Part shown: in pieces, positions 1 to 9,353 of the stretch
Position numbering within the stretch: position 1 is the stretch's first letter
How the letters are laid out: each line of letters opens with the position of its first letter
Assembly (NCBI GenBank): GCA_965219405.1
Contig: OZ244736.1
Location: forward strand, 1,354,064 to 1,418,063
Direction: 5' to 3'
Length of the DNA stretch: 64,000 nucleotides
Source of the DNA: Dehalococcoidia bacterium
Lineage (GTDB): Bacteria; Chloroflexota; Dehalococcoidia; UBA6926
Notes under the pieces: generated by a model
What the model saw: only the letters and a program-made list of their open reading frames with translations
Told to the model about the DNA's origin: nothing
The model's database searches: none
Position numbers and translations under genes: made by a program

Positions 1-460
1 CTTTACCGTGATCCTGCAGGGCTGCTCGGATCCTGAACCGACGCCCACGCCTTCCGTACCCGATGAGCCAGTTGTCACGAGCTTTGACCGCGTTGTGACT
101 GTCACGCGCGTCATTGATGGCGATACTGTGGATGTATGCTGCCCGCAGGAACGAATCCGCCTGCTTGGCATTGACTCGCCGGAAAGCGATGAGCCGCTGT
201 TCGACGAGGCGAAGGCGCTTGCGAAGCAGCTTGCCGACGGGCAGAGCGTTCGCCTTGAGAAATGTATCGAGGAGGCTGACCAGTATGGCCGACTGCTGCG
301 GCACATCTTCGTCGACGAGACACACGTCAATCGGGAGATGGTATCCGCCGGCCTCGCCACGGCCTATGAATTCTCGCTCAATCTCAACCCATGCTATGTC
401 ACCGAGCTGCGGGCGGACCAAGACGCGGCGCAGTCGGCCGGCCTCGGCATGTGGGAATAG
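1..460 (+). CDS. thermonuclease (SNase-like) family protein, 5'-partial at window edge
   Basis: ORF 8..460. Staphylococcal-nuclease-like motifs (RVIDGDTVDV, RLLGIDSPE, YGRLLRHIFV). N-terminal LQGC resembles a lipobox, so the true start and signal peptide are probably upstream of the window. Confidence 0.6.
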   Translation, partial: FTVILQGCSDPEPTPTPSVPDEPVVTSFDRVVTVTRVIDGDTVDVCCPQERIRLLGIDSPESDEPLFDEAKALAKQLADGQSVRLEKCIEEADQYGRLLRHIFVDETHVNREMVSAGLATAYEFSLNLNPCYVTELRADQDAAQSAGLGMWE

Positions 461-499
461 CCCGTCAACGACTACCACTGAGCGTGCGGGGTCGGTATT

Positions 500-2950
500 G
501 TGCCGTATGCACAGGTAGCGGTGAACGCTCCGGGCGCGGGGCGGCGATCCTACAGTTACTCCATACCTGATGAGCTTGCCGATCAGGTGCAGGCGGGGCA
601 TGGCGTCATCGTCCCGTTCGGTCGGCACACGTTCCAGGGCATCGTGCTGGAAATCACGGACGAGCCGGGGTATTCCCGAACGCGGCCTATTGAGTCGCTT
701 GTCGCCGATGATCCGGTTATCGGCGCGCCGCTTATTGGTCTTGGCGAGTGGATGGCAACTTACTATCACACCGATCTCTATACGGCCTACCGTCCCATGC
801 TGCCGCCGGCGTTCGAGCGACGGCAGACGATCATCGTGCGGGTGACGGAGGCGGGGCAGGACGTAATCGAGACCGTTTCACCGAGGCGCGCGGAGATCCT
901 TGATTTCGTTTTGGACGCCGGTGAGACGACCACCGCCGCCATCCGTGACGAGTTCGGGGCGAGGGCCGCCCGCGACGTGACGGCGTTGACGGGCAGGGGC
1001 TATCTGGACGCCTCCGAGGTGTGGGAGGGGCCGCGCATCTCCCCTCGCATGGATATTTTTGTCGAGGCGGCCATTCCGTTTGATCATCTGAGTGCCAAGG
1101 TAGTGGAACTGCGGGCGTCCGGCGCATTTCGTCAAGCAGACGCGTTGGACGCGCTCGCGGCGAATCCGGGTAGGGGGCTAGCCGACCTGCGCCGCGTTTC
1201 AGGAGCGTCTCGTAGATCCTGGGATGCGCTTGTGGAGGCGAGAGTTATCACCCTGGAGGAACGGGAGACGCGCCGTGATCCTCTTGCCGCACGTGCAGGT
1301 TCTCCACCCATGCCGGACCTCCAACTCACTCCCCACCAAAAGGACGCGCTGAATCATGTGACGGCGAGCATCGATGCCGGTGACTCCGACGTTTATCTGC
1401 TGCACGGCGTGACGGGAAGCGGCAAGACAGAGGTGTACCTGCAGGCGTTTCGGCGGGTCATCGAGAAGGGCAGGCGGGGCATCATGCTCGTGCCGGAGAT
1501 CGCGCTGACGCCGCAGACGATCGGCCGGTTCTGGGAGCGATTCCCCGGTCGCGTCGCCGTCTTCCACAGCGGGCTGACGCTGCGGGAGCAGTATGACGAA
1601 TGGCGGAGCATCGCGGAGGGTCAGTTTGACATCGTGATCGGCTCGCGGAGCGCTGCGCTCGCCCCCATGCCGGACGTCGGCCTGATTGTCGTGGACGAAG
1701 AGCAGGAGTGGACGTACAAGCAGGAATCGCCCGCGCCCCGCTACCACGCGCGGGACGTTTCTATTGAAAGGGCGCGGCGAGAGGGAGCGGTTGTTGTGCT
1801 TGGCACCGCGACGCCGGACGTCGGCACGATGTACGCCGCGCTCAGGAATGAGATCACGTTGCTGGAGCTCCCCGGACGGATTACGGCCACAGCGGACTGC
1901 GGTGACACGGGGTGGACGGAGCGCCCCCTCGCGGACGTGGGCGTCGTCGATCTGCGGCAGGAGCTGATGGAGGGCAACCGCAGTATTTTTTCCCGGGCGT
2001 TGCGTGAAGCATTGACTGAGGCCCTGGGTCGCGGCGAGCAGGCGATCCTGTTTGTGAATCGGCGTGGGGCGGGGCAGGCCGTGCAGTGCCGGGCGTGCGG
2101 CCATACGATGCGGTGCCGCCGCTGCACGACGGTGATGACGTACCACGCAGACGAACGCATTGTGTGCCACCTGTGCGGCGATAGACGACGCTCACCCACG
2201 CGCTGTCCACGCTGCCGACGCAACACCATCCGGGCCATCGGCGTCGGTACGGAGCGCGTGGCGGCGGAGGCAGAGGTCGCGTTTCCGGGGGCGCGTGTTA
2301 TCCGGTGGGACCGCGATGCCGTGAGCGAAGCCCGGGGACATGAGCCGATCCTGGGGGAGTTCGCGAATGGTCGGGCGGATATCCTTGTCGGCACTCAGAT
2401 GATCGCCAAGGGACTGGATCTCCCCGGTGTCACTGTGGTCGGTGTTGTGAACGCGGATATCGGGCTGCACGCGCCGGATTTTCGTGCTTCGGAGAGGATA
2501 TTTCAGCTGCTCTGCCAAGTGGCGGGCAGGGCGGGGAGAGGTCATGCGCCGGGCCGTGTGATTGTGCAGACGTATGAGCCGGAGAACCAGGCGATACAGG
2601 CCGCAGCGGCGCAGGACTATCGACAGTTCTACCTGGAGGAAACGCAGTTCCGTAGGCAGCTTCGCTACCCGCCGTACAGTCGCATGGCGCGGCTGACGTG
2701 CGCTCGGGCATCGCGGCGAGACGCGCAGTCGGCGGCGGAACAATTGGCACGGGCGTTGCGTGTTGAGATACGCGCCCGGGGAATTATGAACACCCGCGTA
2801 ATCGGCCCCGCGCCGGCTGCCTGGGAGCGGCTGCGGGGGCGGTATCGCTGGCAGATCACGATCGTTGCCGATGAGCCGACGGAGCTGCTGGAGACCGTGG
2901 CACTACCTCCTGGCTGGATGGTGGACGTGGATCCGATGTCGAGTGGCTAA
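500..2950 (+). CDS. priA: primosomal protein N' (replication restart helicase PriA)
   Basis: 816-aa ORF with GTG start. Helicase Walker A GVTGSGKTEVYL and DExx box VVDEEQEW. Two Cys4 zinc-binding clusters (CRACGH..CRRC, CHLCG..CPRC). Helicase C-terminal motifs (QVAGRAGR). Confidence 0.85.
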   Translation: MPYAQVAVNAPGAGRRSYSYSIPDELADQVQAGHGVIVPFGRHTFQGIVLEITDEPGYSRTRPIESLVADDPVIGAPLIGLGEWMATYYHTDLYTAYRPMLPPAFERRQTIIVRVTEAGQDVIETVSPRRAEILDFVLDAGETTTAAIRDEFGARAARDVTALTGRGYLDASEVWEGPRISPRMDIFVEAAIPFDHLSAKVVELRASGAFRQADALDALAANPGRGLADLRRVSGASRRSWDALVEARVITLEERETRRDPLAARAGSPPMPDLQLTPHQKDALNHVTASIDAGDSDVYLLHGVTGSGKTEVYLQAFRRVIEKGRRGIMLVPEIALTPQTIGRFWERFPGRVAVFHSGLTLREQYDEWRSIAEGQFDIVIGSRSAALAPMPDVGLIVVDEEQEWTYKQESPAPRYHARDVSIERARREGAVVVLGTATPDVGTMYAALRNEITLLELPGRITATADCGDTGWTERPLADVGVVDLRQELMEGNRSIFSRALREALTEALGRGEQAILFVNRRGAGQAVQCRACGHTMRCRRCTTVMTYHADERIVCHLCGDRRRSPTRCPRCRRNTIRAIGVGTERVAAEAEVAFPGARVIRWDRDAVSEARGHEPILGEFANGRADILVGTQMIAKGLDLPGVTVVGVVNADIGLHAPDFRASERIFQLLCQVAGRAGRGHAPGRVIVQTYEPENQAIQAAAAQDYRQFYLEETQFRRQLRYPPYSRMARLTCARASRRDAQSAAEQLARALRVEIRARGIMNTRVIGPAPAAWERLRGRYRWQITIVADEPTELLETVALPPGWMVDVDPMSSG

Positions 2951-3080
2951 CGGAAAGTCCCACGGTGTTGCTCGCAAGGTGGGACAGAGTCCGAGTATTT
3001 CTCCTGCCTTGTTGCAGTCGTAAACCATGCGGCTATACGCTCACGTGAGCAAAGGCCAATTGACGGAGGAAAACGATCGG

Positions 3081-3506
3081 ATGGAACCCAGGATCAGCAT
3101 CATCACTCTCGGCGTTTCCGATTTGGAGCGCTCTACATTGTTCTATCGTGACGGACTCGGCCTTCCGGTTCATGAGGCGGGCGGGGATGAGATCACGTTC
3201 TTTGCGATGAATGACATCATGCTTGCGCTCTACTCGCGCGACGACCTGGCCGACGACGCCAACATGCCGGAACGGAAGGGCAGCCCCCAACCGGCCATGC
3301 ACGGATTCACCATCGCGCACAACGTGGCGTCGCGGGAGGAAGTCGATGCCGTTCTGCGCCTCGCGGAATCGGCCGGGGCCAGAATCGCCAAGCCCGCGCA
3401 CGAAACGTTTTGGGGCGGGTACGGCGGGTACTTTGCAGACCCGGACGGCTTTCTGTGGGAAGTGGCAACAGGCGCCGGCCTGCCCGTTGACCCGGACGGA
3501 GACTAG
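3081..3506 (+). CDS. VOC/glyoxalase-bleomycin resistance family protein
   Basis: Internal ATG at 3081 is preceded by GGAGGA. Glyoxalase-like signature ISIITLGVSDLERSTLFYRDGLGL. About 141 aa. Confidence 0.6.
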   Translation: MEPRISIITLGVSDLERSTLFYRDGLGLPVHEAGGDEITFFAMNDIMLALYSRDDLADDANMPERKGSPQPAMHGFTIAHNVASREEVDAVLRLAESAGARIAKPAHETFWGGYGGYFADPDGFLWEVATGAGLPVDPDGD

Positions 3507-3553
3507 TCCCATCCAAAGGCTATTCAGCTGTAGCGAAGGAGGCCAGCTCAAAA

Positions 3554-3868
3554 ATGTTCTATGAACTCAGGCAGTACGAAGCGCACACGTCGAGGATGAA
3601 CGATCTCATTGACCGGTTTGCCAACGTGAACGCCAAGCTCTTTGAGCGGCACGGCTTTCGCGCTGTCGGGTATTGGCGGGAGGACGTGGGGATTCCGCAC
3701 CGGCTGATTTATCTACTGGCGTGGGAGAGCTGGGATGCTCGGGAGGCGGCGTGGGCGGCGTTCTATGCCGATCCTGAATGGCCGGAGTCAATGGAGAAAT
3801 ACGGCGAGACGACGGCGCACATCACGAATCACATTCTGAATCCGCTGTCGTTCTCGCCGCTGCCGTAA
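3554..3868 (+). CDS. NIPSNAP family protein
   Basis: 104-aa ORF with RBS AAGGAGG upstream. N-terminal MFYELRQYE and overall pattern match the NIPSNAP (dimeric alpha/beta barrel) family. Confidence 0.5.
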   Translation: MFYELRQYEAHTSRMNDLIDRFANVNAKLFERHGFRAVGYWREDVGIPHRLIYLLAWESWDAREAAWAAFYADPEWPESMEKYGETTAHITNHILNPLSFSPLP

Positions 3869-3877
3869 GAGACGGGG

Positions 3878-5923
3878 TCACGAGATGATGGAGCGGCGGC
3901 GATTGGTGTAGTAGTCCACCACGATGTATTCGCCAAGCCGCTCCGGCGACGTGTAGAAGACGCGGCCCTTGTTGATTCTCGTTATCTGATCCACAAAGTC
4001 CATCAGGTACGAGTTCTGCTCCAGCATGAACGTGTTGATGGAGATGCCCGCCCGCGTGGTTCGCGCCACCTCTTTCAGCGTCTCCTGGATGGTGCGCGGG
4101 CTTGGCGGGTATTGCAGGAAGATACGGCCGTTCTCGATGTGGGCCGTCGGCTCCCCGTCTGACACCATGATGATCTGCTTGTTGCCGCCCGCATGGCGCG
4201 CCAAGAGCTTCTGCGCCACGACCAGGCCGTGTTGGATGTTGGTGTACGGCTCAAACTCATCCCAGCTAAGGTATGCCAGCGTCTCGGGCTTCATCTCCCG
4301 TGCGTACGTTGAGAACCCAACCACGTAGAGGCTGTCGCGGCTGAACTGCGTCCGAATCAGCGTGTCCAGCGCCAGCGCGACTTTCTTGGCCGTCACAAAG
4401 TTGCCGCGCATCGCCATGGACAGGCTGAGATCGATCATCAGCACCGTGGACGCCTGCGCCATGTCCTCCGTCTCGCGGACCTGGAAATCGTCCGCCTCCA
4501 ACCGCACCGGCACGCTCTTGCCGCTGCGCATGACGGCCGACTGCACCGTGCGGCGTAGATCGACATTGAATTCATCGCCGAATTGATAGGGGCGGGTGGC
4601 CTCTGTCGGCTCGCCGCCTCGGCCACGGACGCGCGCATCGTGGCGGCCGGTATACGTTCGCCTCAGGTAGCCGAAGATCTCAGCTAACGCCTTCTCCCCG
4701 ATCTTGCGGATGCCGCGCGCGGTGAACTGGTGCGAGCCGTCGTCTGATTCTCGCAGCAGACCCTCCTCGACGGCGCGCTCGGTCAACTGCCGCAGCCGCT
4801 CGAGTGACTGCTCTGCATCCTCGCCCAGGATTTCACTGACCTGTTCCGGGTCAACCTGCTCAATGCTGCCGCCGCCGTAGAGGGCGCGCTTGAGATCGTC
4901 TTCCAGGTCGTCCATTTGGTTGAGCTGGTCCATCAGGGTGAGAGCGTCCTGCAGGGCGACGGGTTCGTCGCCGCTGAACCGGAACTGCCGCCCGAATTCG
5001 CCGCCCACACGCAGCATGTCCAGGTTAGTTTGCAACTCCGACATCTGTTGGGCGAGTTCCGGGTTGTCCAACATGCCGGAGATCATGTCCTGCAGCTGTT
5101 GGCGCTGATTTGGCGAGAGGCTGCTCATCAGCGACTGCGCCTGAGAGGCCTGGTTCTGCAGTTGATCAATGAGCTGCTCGATGTCCTGCGGGGGTGATTC
5201 GCCAAATGCGCCGCCCCACCGCTCCATGAACTCATCGAAGCCAGTGTCCTCATCGTCGCGGATGTGCCGCTGCAACATGCTGTTGAGTTCGTTCATCATC
5301 TGCGCCGCAGCATCGAGATCCTGCTGCGTGAGGTTTTCAAGGCTCTCGCGGAGGTCGGAGAATTGCCGGTCGACGAACTGCTGTTGAATGAGGTTCTTCA
5401 ACTCTTCAAACAGCCTTTGCGCCTCGGGGTCCATGAACTCATAGTCATTGAGTTCACGGACGGCGTCCCCGAGGTTTTCAGGCAGGGCATTCAGCGTGGC
5501 TTCATTCCGTTGCGCCATGTCCCGCACGCGATCAGCCAACCGGCTTGCCGTTTCAGAGTCGAGACCGGCGGGCGGTTTGTTGACGGCATCGTCAGCCGCC
5601 GCCACACGCTCTTCTATGCCCTGGCGCTCTGTCTCGATAACCTCATTGAGCTTGTTGCGGAGATCGTTGAGGAGGCTGCCGAGGTCGTGCTTGCGGAGTA
5701 TCTCCTGCCGCTGCTCGCGCAGCTTCCGCAGCATGTCATCCATGCCTTGCACATCAACATCGCTGTCACGGGGGTGCGCGCCCCGACGCATGATTGAACG
5801 TAGGGAGGAGTCTATGTCCCCGCGAGCGAGAACATCATTCATGAATTCGTTCAGCAGTGCTTCGTCAGCCGCCTCTGACAGAAGCTGTGTTCCGTCCCAA
5901 CGAGAGAACCGAAAGATGGGCAC
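3878..5923 (-). CDS. VWA domain-containing protein (C-terminal von Willebrand factor A with MIDAS; long coiled-coil/acidic N-terminal region)
   Basis: 681-aa ORF. C-terminal region has the MIDAS motif (LMIDLSLSM = DxSxS) plus downstream T/D motifs typical of VWA. The N-terminal 400 aa are Q/E/D/L-rich, predicted coiled-coil. It lies 11 nt downstream of the AAA+ ATPase gene on the same strand. Confidence 0.7.
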   Translation of the reverse strand: MPIFRFSRWDGTQLLSEAADEALLNEFMNDVLARGDIDSSLRSIMRRGAHPRDSDVDVQGMDDMLRKLREQRQEILRKHDLGSLLNDLRNKLNEVIETERQGIEERVAAADDAVNKPPAGLDSETASRLADRVRDMAQRNEATLNALPENLGDAVRELNDYEFMDPEAQRLFEELKNLIQQQFVDRQFSDLRESLENLTQQDLDAAAQMMNELNSMLQRHIRDDEDTGFDEFMERWGGAFGESPPQDIEQLIDQLQNQASQAQSLMSSLSPNQRQQLQDMISGMLDNPELAQQMSELQTNLDMLRVGGEFGRQFRFSGDEPVALQDALTLMDQLNQMDDLEDDLKRALYGGGSIEQVDPEQVSEILGEDAEQSLERLRQLTERAVEEGLLRESDDGSHQFTARGIRKIGEKALAEIFGYLRRTYTGRHDARVRGRGGEPTEATRPYQFGDEFNVDLRRTVQSAVMRSGKSVPVRLEADDFQVRETEDMAQASTVLMIDLSLSMAMRGNFVTAKKVALALDTLIRTQFSRDSLYVVGFSTYAREMKPETLAYLSWDEFEPYTNIQHGLVVAQKLLARHAGGNKQIIMVSDGEPTAHIENGRIFLQYPPSPRTIQETLKEVARTTRAGISINTFMLEQNSYLMDFVDQITRINKGRVFYTSPERLGEYIVVDYYTNRRRSIIS

Positions 5924-5934
5924 TACGAGCTGCC

Positions 5935-7329
5935 TCAGCCGCGATAGCGGTAGCCACCCTCGTGTCGGTCCTTGTTGATCTTCCTGCTGAGGTGCAGCCC
6001 GTCCAGCACGAACTCTACAACCGACGCCTGCGCCGCTACCGAGCGCTTCACGTCAAGCCGATTGGCCGCGTCCTTCAGCTCCGGCAGGTCCTTGAGCCAG
6101 CCGGACAGGACCTTGGACGCAATCATGTCGCCCGTGTCGATGGACAGGCCCTCGTCAAAGCGGCGAATGATGGCATCAAACTCATTGGTGGAGAAGTGGT
6201 TGTTGAATGTGTTCAGAACGGCGCGCTTGGTCAAGTCCTCGATGATGCGAGGCTCGCGGCCCTCTTCCACGCTCTCCAACTCAACCTTGCCTGCCGTGGA
6301 TGTGAGGAAATACGCCATGTCGCTAACGCGGGGCACGGCCTCCTTCTCCTTGAGGCGGAGGGCGCGTCGAACGGCGTTGGAGGAGATGGTCTCATAGTTG
6401 CCGATGGACACGCGGACGCTGACGCCGGAGCGTTGGTTGACGTCGCCGCTCTTGCGCGCAAGAGTGGTGAACTCGGCGACGACTTCTTTCATGAAATTCG
6501 GCATGGTAAGCGTCACGCCCACGTCCGCAATCGGCTCTCGCTCCGCCTCCATGATCTCAATCTCGTGCTCGAGCGTCTTGGGGTAGTGGGTGCGGATCTG
6601 CGCGCCGAAGCGGTCCTTGAGCGGCGTGATGATTCGGCCGCGGTTCGTGTAGTCCTCAGGGTTGGCGCTCGCGATCAGGAACAGATCCAGCGGAAGCTGC
6701 ACCTTGTATCCCTTAATCTGAACGTCGCGCTCCTCCATGATGTTGAACATGCCGACCTGAATGCGTTCCGAGAGATCCGGCAGCTCATTGATGCAGAAGA
6801 TGCCGCGGTTGGTCCGGGGGATGAGGCCGTAGTGAATGGTGAATTCGTCTGAGAGATAGCGTCCCTCAGCCACCTTGATGGGGTCGACCTCTCCGATGAG
6901 GTCCGCAATGGTGATGTCCGGCGTGGCGAGCTTCTCTCCGTAGCGGCGATCACGCGGAAGCCACGCGATGGGAGCGGTGTCGCCCTCCGCCTCCACGCGG
7001 GCAAGGCAGGGACTGCAGGTGGGATTGTAGGGGCTGTCATTGATCTCACAGCCTTCGATGACGGGCACTTCAGGATCGAGTAGGCCAACGAGAGCGCGGA
7101 TAATACGTGTCTTCGCCTGTCCGCGCTCACCAAGCAGGATGATGTCCTGCCCGGATAGGATGGCGTTCTCGATCTGTGGCAGAACCGTCTCTTCATAGCC
7201 GACGATGCCGGGGAAGAGTTCCTCGCCGGTTCGGATGCGCGCAACGAGGTTCTTGCGAAGCTCGTCCTTGACGTTCAGAACGCGGTATTCGCTCTGCCGC
7301 AATTCGCCAATCGTTTTTGCCTGGGTCAT
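5935..7329 (-). CDS. AAA+ ATPase, ChlI/BchI (Mg-chelatase subunit I)/MoxR-like
   Basis: 464-aa ORF. Walker A LLGERGQAKT, Walker B/sensor region FCINELPDL..MEERDVQI resembling ChlI/MoxR. Forms an operon with the downstream VWA gene. Confidence 0.7.
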   Translation of the reverse strand: MTQAKTIGELRQSEYRVLNVKDELRKNLVARIRTGEELFPGIVGYEETVLPQIENAILSGQDIILLGERGQAKTRIIRALVGLLDPEVPVIEGCEINDSPYNPTCSPCLARVEAEGDTAPIAWLPRDRRYGEKLATPDITIADLIGEVDPIKVAEGRYLSDEFTIHYGLIPRTNRGIFCINELPDLSERIQVGMFNIMEERDVQIKGYKVQLPLDLFLIASANPEDYTNRGRIITPLKDRFGAQIRTHYPKTLEHEIEIMEAEREPIADVGVTLTMPNFMKEVVAEFTTLARKSGDVNQRSGVSVRVSIGNYETISSNAVRRALRLKEKEAVPRVSDMAYFLTSTAGKVELESVEEGREPRIIEDLTKRAVLNTFNNHFSTNEFDAIIRRFDEGLSIDTGDMIASKVLSGWLKDLPELKDAANRLDVKRSVAAQASVVEFVLDGLHLSRKINKDRHEGGYRYRG

Positions 7330-7469
7330 CGTCCGCCTCCCCCGCTCTGTGTTCCATACCCCCGGCCGTTGGACGGCGCGTTGTCTTATTGTCCGTTCGC
7401 CGTACTACCGTGTCAATTTGGCATCATTGCACCTTACTATTGAGTTACGACGGAAACGAGAGGTGATAC

Positions 7470-8417
7470 GTGGCCCTATTACTTACCGAACAAGACGTGC
7501 GCGATTTGGCATTGATGGATGACGCCATCACAGCACTCGAACATGCCCACAAGAGCCAGGGGGCGGGCAGGGCGGTCAATGATCCGCGCCGCCGACTGCG
7601 CGCCCCGCACGGCGCCGTCGCCATCATGCCCGGCGGTGACGCGGAGACGGGATTCCTGGGGTTCAAGACGGCGTTCTACGCCGCCGGGGCCGTCCACGTC
7701 CTCCTCTACGACATGAACGAACGCAAGCTCGCGGCAATCATACAGGCCAATTGGCTCGGCACCTTGCGCACCGGCGCTGCCAGCGGCGTCGCTACAAAGT
7801 ACATGGCCCGCGAAACCACAGGGCAGACAGTAGGCATCATCGGTACCGGCACGCAGGCTCGGACACAGGTCACGGCGGTCTGCGCCGTGCGAAACGTCTC
7901 TCGCGTGCTCGCCTACGGGCGGGATGAGAACCGCCGACAAACGTTTGCGGAACGTACCAGCGAGCGGGCGGGTGTTCCTGTGGAGCCAGTGGACAACCCG
8001 CAGATTGCCGGCGAAGCAGACATTGTCATTGCAGCGACGAATGCATCGGCCCCGGTCTTGCAGGGAGCGTGGCTCAAGGCGGGCGCGCACGTTAACGCCA
8101 TCGGGTCGAACTCGCTCCTCCGCCGCGAGATTGATCTGGACGCAGTGCAGAGAGCAGATGCCATCGTCGTTGATGACCGCGAGCAGACGGCGTTGGAAAG
8201 CGGCGACCTTCAGGAGGCGATCGAGCGCGGAATCGTTGATCTGGCGCGGCTGCCGGAGCTTGGGGATGTGGTTGCAGGCGGGGAGGCCGTCCGCAGTGCC
8301 GACAGCGACATCACGCTGTTTGAGTCGCACGGCATCGGGTTGTGGGACGTTGCGTTGGCGACACACGTGTACCGGGCGGCTCTGGAACAAGGCAGAGGGA
8401 ATGAGGTGGATGTCTAG
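7470..8417 (+). CDS. ornithine cyclodeaminase/mu-crystallin family protein
   Basis: 315-aa ORF with GTG start and RBS GAGAGGTGA. Rossmann motif GIIGTGTQARTQ and overall OCD/mu-crystallin architecture. Confidence 0.7.
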   Translation: MALLLTEQDVRDLALMDDAITALEHAHKSQGAGRAVNDPRRRLRAPHGAVAIMPGGDAETGFLGFKTAFYAAGAVHVLLYDMNERKLAAIIQANWLGTLRTGAASGVATKYMARETTGQTVGIIGTGTQARTQVTAVCAVRNVSRVLAYGRDENRRQTFAERTSERAGVPVEPVDNPQIAGEADIVIAATNASAPVLQGAWLKAGAHVNAIGSNSLLRREIDLDAVQRADAIVVDDREQTALESGDLQEAIERGIVDLARLPELGDVVAGGEAVRSADSDITLFESHGIGLWDVALATHVYRAALEQGRGNEVDV

Positions 8418-8481
8418 GTTGCCTCTCCTAATACACTGAGTACGCACGAAGCACTAGCCCAAGTCAAGAAGGAGAATAGAA

Positions 8482-8736
8482 ATGACGCAAACCGAAGCGG
8501 AAATCCTGATGTATGCCACGACGTGGTGCCCGGACTGCGCGCGCTCCAAGCGCCTTCTCGACAAGCACGAGGTCAAGTACACCTGGATCAACATCGAGGA
8601 AGTGCCGGAAGCGGCGGACACCGTGCGGCATCTCAACAACGGGATGCAGGTTGTTCCAACCATCGTCCTGCCCGGCGGCAAGGTTCTGGCTGAGCCGTCC
8701 GACAAGGAATTGAGCGAGGCCCTTGGGCTGGGATAG
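8482..8736 (+). CDS. glutaredoxin-like protein (mycoredoxin/NrdH-like, CxxC active site)
   Basis: 84 aa. YATTWCPDCARSKRLL..NIEE..VPTIVLPGG..L..PS matches the mycoredoxin/Grx-like fold with a CPDC redox motif. Confidence 0.6.
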   Translation: MTQTEAEILMYATTWCPDCARSKRLLDKHEVKYTWINIEEVPEAADTVRHLNNGMQVVPTIVLPGGKVLAEPSDKELSEALGLG

Positions 8737-8764
8737 CTCCTGTCACCGGCCATATGCCATTGGA

Positions 8765-9313
8765 ATGCGTTGGTCGTCAGTGGGACAAATGACGCGCCGA
8801 GCAACGGCGTCCCTATTTCTCACCCTTGTGCTCGTGGCCGTGGGTCTTGCCACCGGGTGCGCGGGGTCTGAGCCTGTCACGGATGCCGAGGCTTCCGAAA
8901 TCAAGTCGGCGCTGGATGGTCGCTCATTCCGGCAATTCGAGCCGGGTCGAGATGACAGCCCGCGCCGCGCCGTAGTGATTGATTTCTTCGATGGAGTAGA
9001 AGTGTGGGCGCAGTACGCGGAGGGCGATTACGCGGTCGATGAGTGGCGGATATTCGCTTCTGACTACCGCATCGAGAAGTCCGGTGATCTCTCCACCATC
9101 ACGCTCTACCTGGAGAACCCGCGCTCCGAACGCATCCTGACCGAGCCGTGCGAGGACTGCATTCCGATGGAGGGTTTTTCTATCTCCATCCGTGACGCTC
9201 TTGATGAGGACGACATACGCTTCCGTCTCAATGATCCGTATGGCGTGCTGCCGTCCCCGTCCCCGGTGTTCACGTCGTGGACGCGGTTTGACGAGGACGA
9301 GTATTTCGAGTGA
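8765..9313 (+). CDS. hypothetical lipoprotein (acidic, secreted)
   Basis: Internal ATG 8765 avoids overlap with the upstream gene. Signal peptide with lipobox LATGC. No recognisable domain. Confidence 0.4.
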   Translation: MRWSSVGQMTRRATASLFLTLVLVAVGLATGCAGSEPVTDAEASEIKSALDGRSFRQFEPGRDDSPRRAVVIDFFDGVEVWAQYAEGDYAVDEWRIFASDYRIEKSGDLSTITLYLENPRSERILTEPCEDCIPMEGFSISIRDALDEDDIRFRLNDPYGVLPSPSPVFTSWTRFDEDEYFE

Positions 9314-9353
9314 CCTGCGGCCTTATTGGGCAACGCCCTCGATAAGGTAGGCG

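Noticed and set aside
1199-2170. Long antisense ORFs inside priA, pnp, secA, the MMPL gene and others (e.g. 1199..2170 -, 12708..13244 -, 13886..14395 -, 62003..63538 +)
   Set aside because: They fully overlap strongly supported genes on the opposite strand and their translations are low-complexity and Arg/Pro/Ala-rich. These are typical spurious ORFs in high-GC DNA.
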